A stretch of 64,000 nucleotides of DNA from an uncultured virus (IMG/VR IMGVR_UViG_3300020215_000003). Lineage: Duplodnaviria; Heunggongvirae; Uroviricota; Caudoviricetes. Shown in pieces: positions 7,540 to 15,404 of this stretch. The notes below the pieces were generated by a model that was not told the origin of the DNA, searched no databases, and saw only the letters and a list, made by a program, of their open reading frames with translations. The stretch lies in IMG/VR virus record IMGVR_UViG_3300020215_000003, one strand, 5' to 3'. The stretch's first letter is position 1; each line of letters begins with the position of its first letter. The translations under genes and the position numbers were made by a program.

Positions 7540-8453
7540 GACGCCTCCTTCAGGAGTTCCCTGAGACGCTCAGACTGAAGGCGCCGCCGCACGCTCCAGC
7601 CAGTCATCACGGACTGGACGACCCTGCGCCGGGCTTCTTGCTCACGCTGAACTTGCATGGCGCGAAGCATTCTCTTGGCGAGATACTGGCCAGTCTCCAT
7701 CTCCGGGAAAAAGAGCCTGGACAGCGCCACCATCGCCTTCTCTTCGAGCTGGCGCACGCGCTCGCGCGAGACCTTTAGCCGCCTGCCGATCTCCTCCAGG
7801 GTGTACTCAGGCCCTTCGAACCCGTTGCGAAGCCGAAGGATCAGTTGATCCCGCTCGCGCAGCTTTCGAAGGTTGGCATTGAGCGCGTCGATCTCGTCGC
7901 GTTCGAACGACGGCCGCTGCGCAGGCGGTGCTGCGAGGAAGTCTCGCACCGTTTTGGCCCTCTGTTGCCTTCCAGACATTGGCAATTCTTTGTCGATGCT
8001 CTTCACTCGCAGCGCCGACTTTGCCCTTCGAACCGCCTCGTCCCAAGCTGCGTCTGCGGAGTCGCTCATCGCGGCTGGACGGACGTTCGAAGGCAGATGA
8101 ATCAGGCCGGAGTTGCGGTTCACCGCATGCTGGACGTAGCGATAAACGCTGGTGTAGGCGTAGGTGACGAACTTCACGCCGAAGCTCGGATCGAACAGCC
8201 GAATCGCGTGCAAAAAGCCGATAATGCCTTCCTGAAACAGATCGCACTCATCGCCGTAGCGCCACATCACGCGCTTCATCTTCCTGGTGATGTGCCGGAT
8301 CATCGGCAGGTACGACAGCACGAGCCGATCGCGTTCCGTTTGGGTCATGTCTGGCGTGGGGGACAGCCCGCGCGGTAGAGGGTTCTCTTTGCAGGTCCAG
8401 GTACAGAAGGGCCGCGGCAGATCGTGCATCTTGCCGCAGTACGTGCAGATCAT
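7536..8453 (-). CDS. Sigma70-family RNA polymerase sigma factor
   Basis: Region 2 DLFQEGIIGFLHAIRLFDPSFGVKFVTYA and region 4 YTLEEIGRRLKVSRERVRQLEEKAM; start re-assigned to ATG 8453. Confidence 0.93.
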   Translation of the reverse strand: MICTYCGKMHDLPRPFCTWTCKENPLPRGLSPTPDMTQTERDRLVLSYLPMIRHITRKMKRVMWRYGDECDLFQEGIIGFLHAIRLFDPSFGVKFVTYAYTSVYRYVQHAVNRNSGLIHLPSNVRPAAMSDSADAAWDEAVRRAKSALRVKSIDKELPMSGRQQRAKTVRDFLAAPPAQRPSFERDEIDALNANLRKLRERDQLILRLRNGFEGPEYTLEEIGRRLKVSRERVRQLEEKAMVALSRLFFPEMETGQYLAKRMLRAMQVQREQEARRRVVQSVMTGWSVRRRLQSERLRELLKEAS

Positions 8454-8511
8454 GTCGGCCTCGCCTCCCAGGAAGAGTGGGTTTGGAGACGAGAAGTTCG
8501 GAGTTGCTGCT

Positions 8512-8802
8512 TTAGCGAGCGCTGCTGACGACAAATATGCCCATGAAGATGGCGATGGTCGCAATCGCCCATCCGATGCGAGCGCCTTCGCTGTCCCCGC
8601 CAGCTAGACTTGAGCTTCCCATTGCGCCGATCGCGCCGAGAAAGAAGAAGCACACGCCGGCACCGATGAGAGTCGCAATCGAAAAGCCGGTGCGAGCGGT
8701 CGCAGCAGTGACGAACGCCGCGAACACGGACGCAACGATGATGACAGGGATGAGAAGCTCGTCCCGCTTGGGAGGCGGAGGCGGGCCAGGTGATGAAGAC
8801 AT
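8512..8802 (-). CDS. Small membrane protein with about three TM segments
   Basis: Three hydrophobic stretches after a proline-rich N-terminus. Confidence 0.65.
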   Translation of the reverse strand: MSSSPGPPPPPKRDELLIPVIIVASVFAAFVTAATARTGFSIATLIGAGVCFFFLGAIGAMGSSSLAGGDSEGARIGWAIATIAIFMGIFVVSSAR

Positions 8803-8807
8803 GGCAA

Positions 8808-9017
8808 TCAGGCTGATTTGCGGCGCTTGCCGGGCTTCGGTCCGGGCACCCCGCGCGGCACCCAGCCCAATTCCGGCTTGTCAAAGTGCTCGGCCACCGC
8901 CTGCACAACGACGTCAATGAGACCAATCCCGCGCTCCTGCGCCTCGGCGAGGATCAGATCGTACAGCTCGTCGCCGACCTTGACGCTGATGTAGTTTGGT
9001 GTCGCATTCTTTCGCAT
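8808..9017 (-). CDS. Ribbon-helix-helix-like DNA-binding protein, candidate repressor
   Basis: YISVKVGDELYDLILAEAQERGIGLIDVVVQAV pattern with a basic tail; first gene after the leftward TATAAT. Confidence 0.6.
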   Translation of the reverse strand: MRKNATPNYISVKVGDELYDLILAEAQERGIGLIDVVVQAVAEHFDKPELGWVPRGVPGPKPGKRRKSA

Positions 9018-9045
9018 CGTGACTTCCACTTTTTTCTTCTCCGCA

Positions 9046-9130
9046 ATTATAGTGGCAATCGGCGATTGGGAAACAAATCGCAAGAAAAATTATTTTCTCA
9101 ATTGACGAATAGCAGGAGCGTCGTTAAACT
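9046..9130. promoter_or_regulatory. Divergent promoter pair with palindromic operator candidates
   Basis: Minus strand TATAAT at 9046-9051. Plus strand TTGACG (9102-9107)-17 nt-TAAACT (9125-9130). Palindromes CAATCG-G-CGATTG at 9056-9068 and AGAAAA-ATTA-TTTTCT at 9083-9098. Confidence 0.75.
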
Positions 9131-9136
9131 CACCTC

Positions 9137-9533
9137 AGTTCACGCTCGCTGCCACCGAGCAAAACAGACCCAGGAGCGCGGGCGCGCGTCTTACGGCGAG
9201 CGTGAACTACTCAGTCTGAGAGCCGCCCCGCTCTTGGTTTTCGGGTCAACCCCATGCGTCTCTGCCCACGAGCATCTGGTACTCCAGCGGGATCTGGCGT
9301 CTCCGGGTCTCGTGGGCTTCATTCGCTCTTTGTTCCGGGGCGGGGCCGTTCGGGTGAACAGTGCCCGCTCCGCTTGATTCAAAAGAACCTCCACATCGAG
9401 AGGCGGCCAGAAGCTCGCAAGAATTTCCAGCCCGCCTGTGCCGCGCTCCCCGGAAGGCAGGAAAAACCAGAGAACCTGGGTTGGGTATCCGAAGGTCATA
9501 AAAGCCTTGAAAGCGTGGACAGGTTCTCCGGTT
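9137..9533 (+). ncRNA. Putative structured non-coding RNA of about 400 nt
   Basis: Begins at the expected transcription start. Stems 9137-9149/9196-9208 (13 bp), 9264-9272/9309-9317, 9333-9340/9448-9455 and 9470-9478/9520-9528. No credible ORF. Confidence 0.6.
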
Positions 9534-9535
9534 AT

Positions 9536-10492
9536 TTACCGGCGTCGGCCGCTGGTGATGGCTGCGGCTATCGGGGTGAGGTGGTCGGCCTGCTGACGCT
9601 GCCAGGCGTCGTAGTGCTTCTGGACGGTTCTCGGGCTATTGCCAAGGACATCCGCCACGTCGTCATTCGTGAAGCCCAGTTTGCGTCCGCGGCAGGCAAA
9701 AGAAGTGCGGGTGCAGTAGGCCGAGACGTTCCTTGGGACTCCCACTTTGTCGGCCAGCTTGCGGAACATATCCGCGAAGATCTGGCAGGTGTACGGCTTA
9801 CCCCTTCCGTTGACGAAGATGTGCTTCTGCCCGGGAAGTCGGATCCGGTAGAGCAAGCGCACCAGCTTCGCCGCTACGGGTTCAAGGGGGATCACTCGTG
9901 TCTTTCCGGTCTTGGTTCTCTCAGGGGGGAGGATGACCCTCTCCAGACCTGGGGTCCAGTCCACGTCGGTGAACAGGGCCTCACGCATCTCGCAGGTTCT
10001 CGATCCGGTGCGCCAGAGGAAGAACAAGGCCGCGCGGAAGCGGTAGCGGCTCTTTGGGTGGAAATGACCCCTGCGCGACTCCCGGATCACCCCCAGGAAC
10101 TCGTCTTTGAACAACGGCCGGCGCACGGGTTTGCTGGGGATCAGGTCAGACGGGCGGCGCAAGCGCGGCAAGCGGAGCTTGGGCCATTGCCTGTCTGCCC
10201 AACGGAAGCAGGCCACGACAGCGCCTGCGGCATCTTCGATGGTGTAGCCCGATTTCCATTCGGGGTGGTCGATGAGCCATCGGCAGATGTGGTTGTCGGT
10301 CATGTCCTCGGCGTGTTCATCGCCGAAGTGATCCACGAACGACGTACAGCGACGGTGGTAGCGGTCGTAGACCTTGGCGTTCTTGATCTTGCCGGTGCGC
10401 AGGCGATAGCGCCGGTCATTCAAGAACGCATCGACGACGGCGCGTACGGTAAGCGTGCCGTTAGTGGCAGCGACGGATGTGCAAGTGGCCAA
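9536..10492 (-). CDS. Tyrosine recombinase/integrase, compact form of about 318 aa
   Basis: RTGSR..E, TKTG, AYCTR (HxxR position), LGN and KHY. Probable TTG start at 10492 with AAAGGGA 8 nt upstream; the track ORF extends to 10771. Confidence 0.9.
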   Translation of the reverse strand: MATCTSVAATNGTLTVRAVVDAFLNDRRYRLRTGKIKNAKVYDRYHRRCTSFVDHFGDEHAEDMTDNHICRWLIDHPEWKSGYTIEDAAGAVVACFRWADRQWPKLRLPRLRRPSDLIPSKPVRRPLFKDEFLGVIRESRRGHFHPKSRYRFRAALFFLWRTGSRTCEMREALFTDVDWTPGLERVILPPERTKTGKTRVIPLEPVAAKLVRLLYRIRLPGQKHIFVNGRGKPYTCQIFADMFRKLADKVGVPRNVSAYCTRTSFACRGRKLGFTNDDVADVLGNSPRTVQKHYDAWQRQQADHLTPIAAAITSGRRR

Positions 10493-10496
10493 GGCG

Positions 10497-10660
10497 GGCG
10501 TCCCTTTACCACTGAGAAGGCAGGACGCCTTACCCGTTGCCCCATTGCGCTCGCGCAGGGGGCAACGGATATTCTTCCGTCCCTTTTGCAGAAGGCAAAG
10601 TGGACGGACGTTCCTTCGACCGGGGAGCGCACGATAAGCGCGCACTGGATGCGGCCCCGG
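10497..10660. other. Four consecutive hairpins upstream of the recombinase core
   Basis: Stems 10497-10503/10523-10529, 10534-10543/10559-10568, 10576-10582/10602-10608 and 10620-10625/10655-10660. Confidence 0.6.
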
Positions 10661-10845
10661 TTCGTTTCCTCCCCCTGCTGGACCCGTCTTGGGTTTGCAG
10701 CGTGCCTTGGGAGAGAGCGTCCAACGCGCGAGTTTAGCCTTCGCGATGGTTTCTGGAAGGTGATTGTTCACGAAATCGAAAGGCTAGCAAACGCTAGTTG
10801 AGGCCATAGCGGAGCGGATTTTCAGACACACAGGACAGGTGGGGA

Positions 10846-11118
10846 ATGGAAGAGATCCAAGTCCGAACCTGCGTTCGCTGCCGCAAGCGCCACAAGACGC
10901 GCTCTGGCCGTGGGCTGTGCCGTGGGTGCTGGAACGATCCGAGCGTGCGGAGGCTGTTCCCTCCGGTGGCGACCTTCGGTGGCGATGAGGCTGGCGACAT
11001 CGGACACAAGGTTCTGCGCGAGATGCGTGCTGACTGCGACCACGAGGACACCGAACGCATCGACCCCCTGTCCGTTGGGTGCAAGGACTGCGGGGTGGTG
11101 CTGACGAGGGAGGAGTGA
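10846..11118 (+). CDS. Zinc-finger hypothetical protein
   Basis: CVRC...GRGLCRGC and CKDC. Confidence 0.65.
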   Translation: MEEIQVRTCVRCRKRHKTRSGRGLCRGCWNDPSVRRLFPPVATFGGDEAGDIGHKVLREMRADCDHEDTERIDPLSVGCKDCGVVLTREE

Positions 11119-11121
11119 CAA

Positions 11122-11478
11122 ATGGTGAAGAAGGCCAAGGGTTTGTTTGACCTCAAGAAGCTTACGGCAGCTCCGTGGGGTTGCATTCAGGCTTGCGTTA
11201 CGGCAGACAAATCACCTCGCCTGATGATAGGGCGCGGTGACAGCGACGCAACCAAAGAAGTGACGATCAGCGACATCAGGTTCATCATTCACGCCCGAGT
11301 GGCCTTCGAGATCCAAATGAAGAGAAAGTGGACCGCCTCTCGGGATTTCGATGGATGGTGCGTGATTGATGACGCCTGCATGATCGTGACCACGGCCGAA
11401 TGCCCGACGTTTTACCCGGACCCGATCTCAGCACTGATCGCTGCGGAAGAGTGGCAATCGGCCAAGGAATCGAAGTGA
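11122..11478 (+). CDS. Hypothetical protein, paralog 1 of a three-member family
   Basis: Shares DLxKLTxAPW, FIxxARxAF and DPxxALxxAxxW with 23997 and 58439; GGAGGAG RBS. Confidence 0.75.
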   Translation: MVKKAKGLFDLKKLTAAPWGCIQACVTADKSPRLMIGRGDSDATKEVTISDIRFIIHARVAFEIQMKRKWTASRDFDGWCVIDDACMIVTTAECPTFYPDPISALIAAEEWQSAKESK

Positions 11479-11651
11479 CCAACCCCTTCACTGACACCGA
11501 CGACCCCTGCCCCTGCGTCCTGGACCTGGGCGAGCCCGACCCCGAGTGCCCGTACTGCGAGGACGGGGAGCTGACGCGGGAAGGGGCTATTCAACTGGCC
11601 TACGAACGGGCGGTTGCTGACGCGGACCACCTGGCGCTGATGCTCGAATGA
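11475..11651 (+). CDS. Small Cys-rich acidic protein
   Basis: GTGA-coupled; CPC...CPYC. Confidence 0.55.
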   Translation: MTNPFTDTDDPCPCVLDLGEPDPECPYCEDGELTREGAIQLAYERAVADADHLALMLE

Positions 11652-11673
11652 ATCCCCACAAGGAGAACCTGCA

Positions 11674-12084
11674 ATGACCGTGAACACAGTGACAACAAGA
11701 GACGCGGCCAAGATGCTGCGGGACGAAGCCAAAGTGCTTCTGGACCTGGCGAGCGGGCTAGAGAACCAGCGCAAGCATCGTGTGCCAGCGGAAGAGAACC
11801 TCGACATCCAGCGGGCGGTCGAGGAGCTGCACGACACCGTTGGCGAGAACAACTTCTCAATCCACATGGAGATGGATGTTTTCGATGCCACGCCGACGGT
11901 CAAGTGGGCCGTCTACATTGGCGAGGTTGGTCCTCACAAGCCGACACGCTACAGCGCCACGACGCTCGACGAGGCGTTGAGTGTGGCATGCGGCGCCTTC
12001 AACGCGTTGTTGTCAAAACAACCCGCACACCCTCTGGAAGATGTGCAGTCTGCTTTGCAGCCTATGGCATCGATGCCTTACTGA
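11674..12084 (+). CDS. Hypothetical protein
   Basis: AAGGAG RBS. Confidence 0.7.
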   Translation: MTVNTVTTRDAAKMLRDEAKVLLDLASGLENQRKHRVPAEENLDIQRAVEELHDTVGENNFSIHMEMDVFDATPTVKWAVYIGEVGPHKPTRYSATTLDEALSVACGAFNALLSKQPAHPLEDVQSALQPMASMPY

Positions 12085-12136
12085 TCCGTCTGAGCCGGTG
12101 TGTTACCGGCTGGCCCGCCCTGGGCGGCGGGCATTT

Positions 12137-12289
12137 GCCAACCTGGGCTGGCACGGAGACCAGCACGTTACTGCTGACAAGTTGCCGCTTCAAAACAAGA
12201 GCAAGCGGATTGCAGTCAGCGAAACGGATGTCATGTCCGGCCATGCGGCCGGAAACAAGCATAGTCGGTTCGACTCCGGCAGGTTGGCC
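12137..12289 (+). ncRNA. Oversized tRNA-like cloverleaf RNA
   Basis: Acceptor GCCAACCT/AGGTTGGC (8 bp), D-arm GCTGG-CACGGAGA-CCAGC, T-arm GTCGG-TTCGACT-CCGGC; extended anticodon and variable arms; no encoded CCA. Confidence 0.7.
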
Positions 12290-12327
12290 TGCGCTGCATC
12301 CTTCCAGCATTACAAGGAGCATTTTCG

Positions 12328-13236
12328 ATGGCCGCGACCCTTATCCAAGAAACAGACTCTATCGACGTATCGTGCCTCTCCATGCTCATCTACGGGCCTC
12401 CTGGGGCCTGGAAAACCTCGATCGCTCAGACCGCCAGCAAGCCGCTGACATTAGACCTCGATCGCGGCGCCCACCGCTCGAACTTCCGCAAGGCGGTGAT
12501 GCGTTTCGACACCTGGGCGGACCTGGCCCACGCCAAAGCCGAGATCGACAAGCATCAAACCATCGTGGTTGACACCGTGGGCCGGCTGCTCGACATGCTC
12601 ACGGCCGACATCGTGTCCTGCAACGCCAAGCACGGTTCCGCACTCGCTGGCCTGACCTTGCAGGGCTACGGGGTCCTCAAGTCGCGTTTCGCTCTGTGGG
12701 CTGGCCAGCTCCGTCAGGCTGGCAAGGACCTGGTGTTCATCGCGCACGAGAAGGAAGAGAAGGACGGGGACTACCGCATCATGCGGGCGGACATCACCGG
12801 GGGCAGCTACACGGAAGTCATGAAGTTCACTGACCTCGTGGGCTACCTGACCGTGCGGAACGGCCGCCGCATCCTCGATTTCAATTCGACGGATCAGTAC
12901 GTGGGCAAGAACGCGGCTGGGTGGGACGCCATGCAGGTCCCCAACCTTTCCGAGCGGCCGACGTTCCTGGCGGACCTCATCGCTGACGCCAAGGAGAAGA
13001 TCGGCAAGACGTCGCAGACGTCGGCAGTGCTCGCTAAGGCGGTCGAGGACTGGTCGGTGCGCCTCGACAACCTCGACGGCATGGAGCAGCTCAATGGCAT
13101 CCTGGCGGAAGCCAAGGCGCTTCCAGAAGCGGCCAAGAAACAGGTCTGGGACCTCATCAAGAAACACGCCGATAACAGCGGCTGGTCCTGGGATGCCAAG
13201 GCCAAGAAGTTCGTCGAGAGGGGGGCCGCAGCGTGA
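12328..13236 (+). CDS. Sak4-like (AAA_24) single-strand annealing ATPase
   Basis: LIYGPPGAWKT Walker A, IVVDTV Walker B, FIAHEKE, DLVGYL and GKN. Confidence 0.88.
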   Translation: MAATLIQETDSIDVSCLSMLIYGPPGAWKTSIAQTASKPLTLDLDRGAHRSNFRKAVMRFDTWADLAHAKAEIDKHQTIVVDTVGRLLDMLTADIVSCNAKHGSALAGLTLQGYGVLKSRFALWAGQLRQAGKDLVFIAHEKEEKDGDYRIMRADITGGSYTEVMKFTDLVGYLTVRNGRRILDFNSTDQYVGKNAAGWDAMQVPNLSERPTFLADLIADAKEKIGKTSQTSAVLAKAVEDWSVRLDNLDGMEQLNGILAEAKALPEAAKKQVWDLIKKHADNSGWSWDAKAKKFVERGAAA

Positions 13237-13889
13237 TCCGGCTCTCCGCAACAACCCTTGAAGCCTACCGCCGTGTCGTCGAGACCGAGTACGCCAGCGA
13301 GTCAGAGCTGATCGCCTCGATCCGCGGTGAGCGCATTCCCGAGACGTGGCAGATGGCCGCAGGGTCGGCCTGGGACAATTTGCTGTCTGGCGCCGGCGAG
13401 GTCGCGGTGTTCAACGTCGATGAGACGACGTACCACGCTTGCGGCGGCTTCACGTTCAAAGAGGACCACGTAGAGGCCGCTCGCAAGCATTTAGGGCCGG
13501 GTCTGTGGCAGGTGAAGGTCGAGAAGTTCATCGACTCATCTCTGGGACCCGTGTGCCTGGTTGCCAAGGTGGACAAGGTGCGGGGGCTGTTCGTGGACGA
13601 GGTGAAGGCCAAGTTCTCGACCGTGGACGCGCGGAATTACGAGCGGTCGCTGCAATGGAAGCTGTACCTGTTGTGCCACGAGGCGGCGGCCGTGCGCTAC
13701 TCGCTGTTCGACTTCGCCAATCCTGACAAGGCACGCTACTGCGATCTGCGCGACATCGTGAGCTTCCGCTTCTGGCGCTACCGGGGCCTCGAGCAGGAGT
13801 GCCGGCAGTGGGTGGAGGGCTTCCTGGATTGGGCGTCGTCGAGGGGGCTGATGCCGTTCTTGCAGCGGCCGTCATTGGAGGCGGCTTAA
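13233..13889 (+). CDS. PD-(D/E)XK exonuclease partner of Sak4
   Basis: LSATTL N-terminus, AKVD...DEVK and QWKLY (QxxxY). Confidence 0.75.
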   Translation: MIRLSATTLEAYRRVVETEYASESELIASIRGERIPETWQMAAGSAWDNLLSGAGEVAVFNVDETTYHACGGFTFKEDHVEAARKHLGPGLWQVKVEKFIDSSLGPVCLVAKVDKVRGLFVDEVKAKFSTVDARNYERSLQWKLYLLCHEAAAVRYSLFDFANPDKARYCDLRDIVSFRFWRYRGLEQECRQWVEGFLDWASSRGLMPFLQRPSLEAA

Positions 13890-13891
13890 AG

Positions 13892-14089
13892 GTGGAACTC
13901 CTACCCGCCATCCTTCTGTTGGCCCGAGAATACGACCTGTGCAAAGACGCATGGCGGGTGACGATCCCTCTCAAGCACGGGCAGGTGATTCTCTTGGAGT
14001 GCGGCCTGGACGATCTGGAGAGGCTGCACGCAGCGGTCCGGGCCGCACTGGTCAAGGTGTCGATGAAGCGAATGGAGGCTGAAGCATGA
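13892..14089 (+). CDS. Hypothetical protein
   Basis: GTG start after GGAGG; coupled to the next gene. Confidence 0.5.
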   Translation: MELLPAILLLAREYDLCKDAWRVTIPLKHGQVILLECGLDDLERLHAAVRAALVKVSMKRMEAEA

Positions 14090-14334
14090 AGGTGAAAGCC
14101 AAGAAGCGAACGAAGAGGAAGTCTGGAGCAACTGTCGTTTGGATGCTGCGCGGCCCCACGGATATGAGCGACGTCTACTTTTACGCGCGGAACCCACGCA
14201 ATGTTGACAACGAGTGCACGTACCTGACAACTCTTTGCCGCACAACGTTTAAGAAGCGATTCGGATACATCCCTGAGCCGGGTTCGACCTTTCGCGTTCG
14301 TGTGACCATCGAAGCGGTCAAGGAGGCCAAGTGA
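14086..14334 (+). CDS. Small basic hypothetical protein
   Basis: GGAGG RBS; ATGA coupling. Confidence 0.6.
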   Translation: MKVKAKKRTKRKSGATVVWMLRGPTDMSDVYFYARNPRNVDNECTYLTTLCRTTFKKRFGYIPEPGSTFRVRVTIEAVKEAK

Positions 14335-14472
14335 TGTTTACGCTCTACGTGTTTCATCCGGTGGATGGGTGGGTCGAGGTGCTCGCAGACCGGGACCTGG
14401 AGTTCTTGAAGCTCGTGGCTTCTAAGTGCTCAGGGCCGACAGAGATCATGGGGTGGTGAAAGGAGCAGGACG

Positions 14473-15228
14473 ATGAGTGAGCTGGTCACAACTACAGAGC
14501 ATCCGGCCGAGGTTGTTCAAGTAGAGGAACAAGACGGCCTCGATCACCTCCAGGTTATCGCGCGCTACCCATACCAGATGGAGAAGTGCCAGCAGGAGCT
14601 TGTCGGCTGGTGTGGCCGCAAGATTGAGATCCTGCAAGCTGAGGCCGCTGACCTCGCTGAGAACCTGGAGATTGCCAGGACGAACAAATGGGGCACCGGC
14701 GGCCTTCACCGCGCTCATGCTCGCACCATCGCCCGTATCGACTTCTACCGGAAGATGCAGGCGGCTCTTGAGGCCGGGTACTGCATCGTTCCGAACTTCC
14801 CGGTCGAGATGTTCGCCATCCGCACGGACAGACGCAAGCCGGCCAAAATGCTGACACCTCATTTCTCGAGAACGCATGAGCAGCAGGCAATGAAGCTGCC
14901 GGTCGGCGAGGGTGAGTTCAAGAACCCGTTCCCCAGCGTCTACTTCAACGAATACGAAATGGGCGAGGGCAAGAAAGAGAAGTGGTACTTCGCCAAAGAC
15001 TGGCAGGAAATGGAGTTCCCGTTCGTTGCTGCCAAACCACAGATCTTAGATGCGACCGCTCGCGCCCTCGCTGACAAGGTATTCGACGAGATCGGCGTCC
15101 TCCCAGGAAAACGCAAGCGGCAGGACCCCATCGTGGTCGGTCGCATCATCGACCCGCGAAGCAACAAGTGGAACAAGATTGTCGTCACCTTCCTCATCGC
15201 ATGGTGGGTGGACACGCGAGCTCTTTGA
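14473..15228 (+). CDS. Hypothetical protein
   Basis: 251-aa ORF with AAGGAG RBS. Confidence 0.75.
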   Translation: MSELVTTTEHPAEVVQVEEQDGLDHLQVIARYPYQMEKCQQELVGWCGRKIEILQAEAADLAENLEIARTNKWGTGGLHRAHARTIARIDFYRKMQAALEAGYCIVPNFPVEMFAIRTDRRKPAKMLTPHFSRTHEQQAMKLPVGEGEFKNPFPSVYFNEYEMGEGKKEKWYFAKDWQEMEFPFVAAKPQILDATARALADKVFDEIGVLPGKRKRQDPIVVGRIIDPRSNKWNKIVVTFLIAWWVDTRAL

Positions 15229-15292
15229 CAACCAACGGAGGCCGCTCATGGACGAGCGCAACAGGCCGAGCATGACGCATAGGGCATGCAGG

Positions 15293-15331
15293 AGCCGCGG
15301 CCCGCCCTGGGCAAGTGGGCGGGTCGCGGCT
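15293..15331 (+). promoter_or_regulatory. Strong intergenic hairpin before the replication gene
   Basis: AGCCGCGGCCCGCCC/GGGCGGGTCGCGGCT, 15 bp with one G-U pair; no U-tract. Confidence 0.55.
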
Positions 15332-15404
15332 GGGACCGGAAAGCTGCTCGGCGACCGATGGACGGTCGCCGTTAAGGATTCTGAGCAGGATGGATTCGTG
15401 AGTC

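Noticed and set aside
9254..10801. 515-aa plus-strand ORF
   Set aside because: Antisense shadow of the recombinase with no motifs or RBS; long shadow ORFs are expected at high GC.
12137..12289. Canonical decoding tRNA (for example tRNA-Sec)
   Set aside because: There is no 7-nt anticodon loop on a normal stem and it is about twice the normal length; reported as a tRNA-like ncRNA instead.
13233..13889. Cas4 / CRISPR adaptation gene
   Set aside because: It lacks the Cas4 four-cysteine cluster pattern and is coupled to Sak4, the usual phage recombination pair.
15293..15331. Intrinsic terminator
   Set aside because: Strong stem but no U-tract on either strand.
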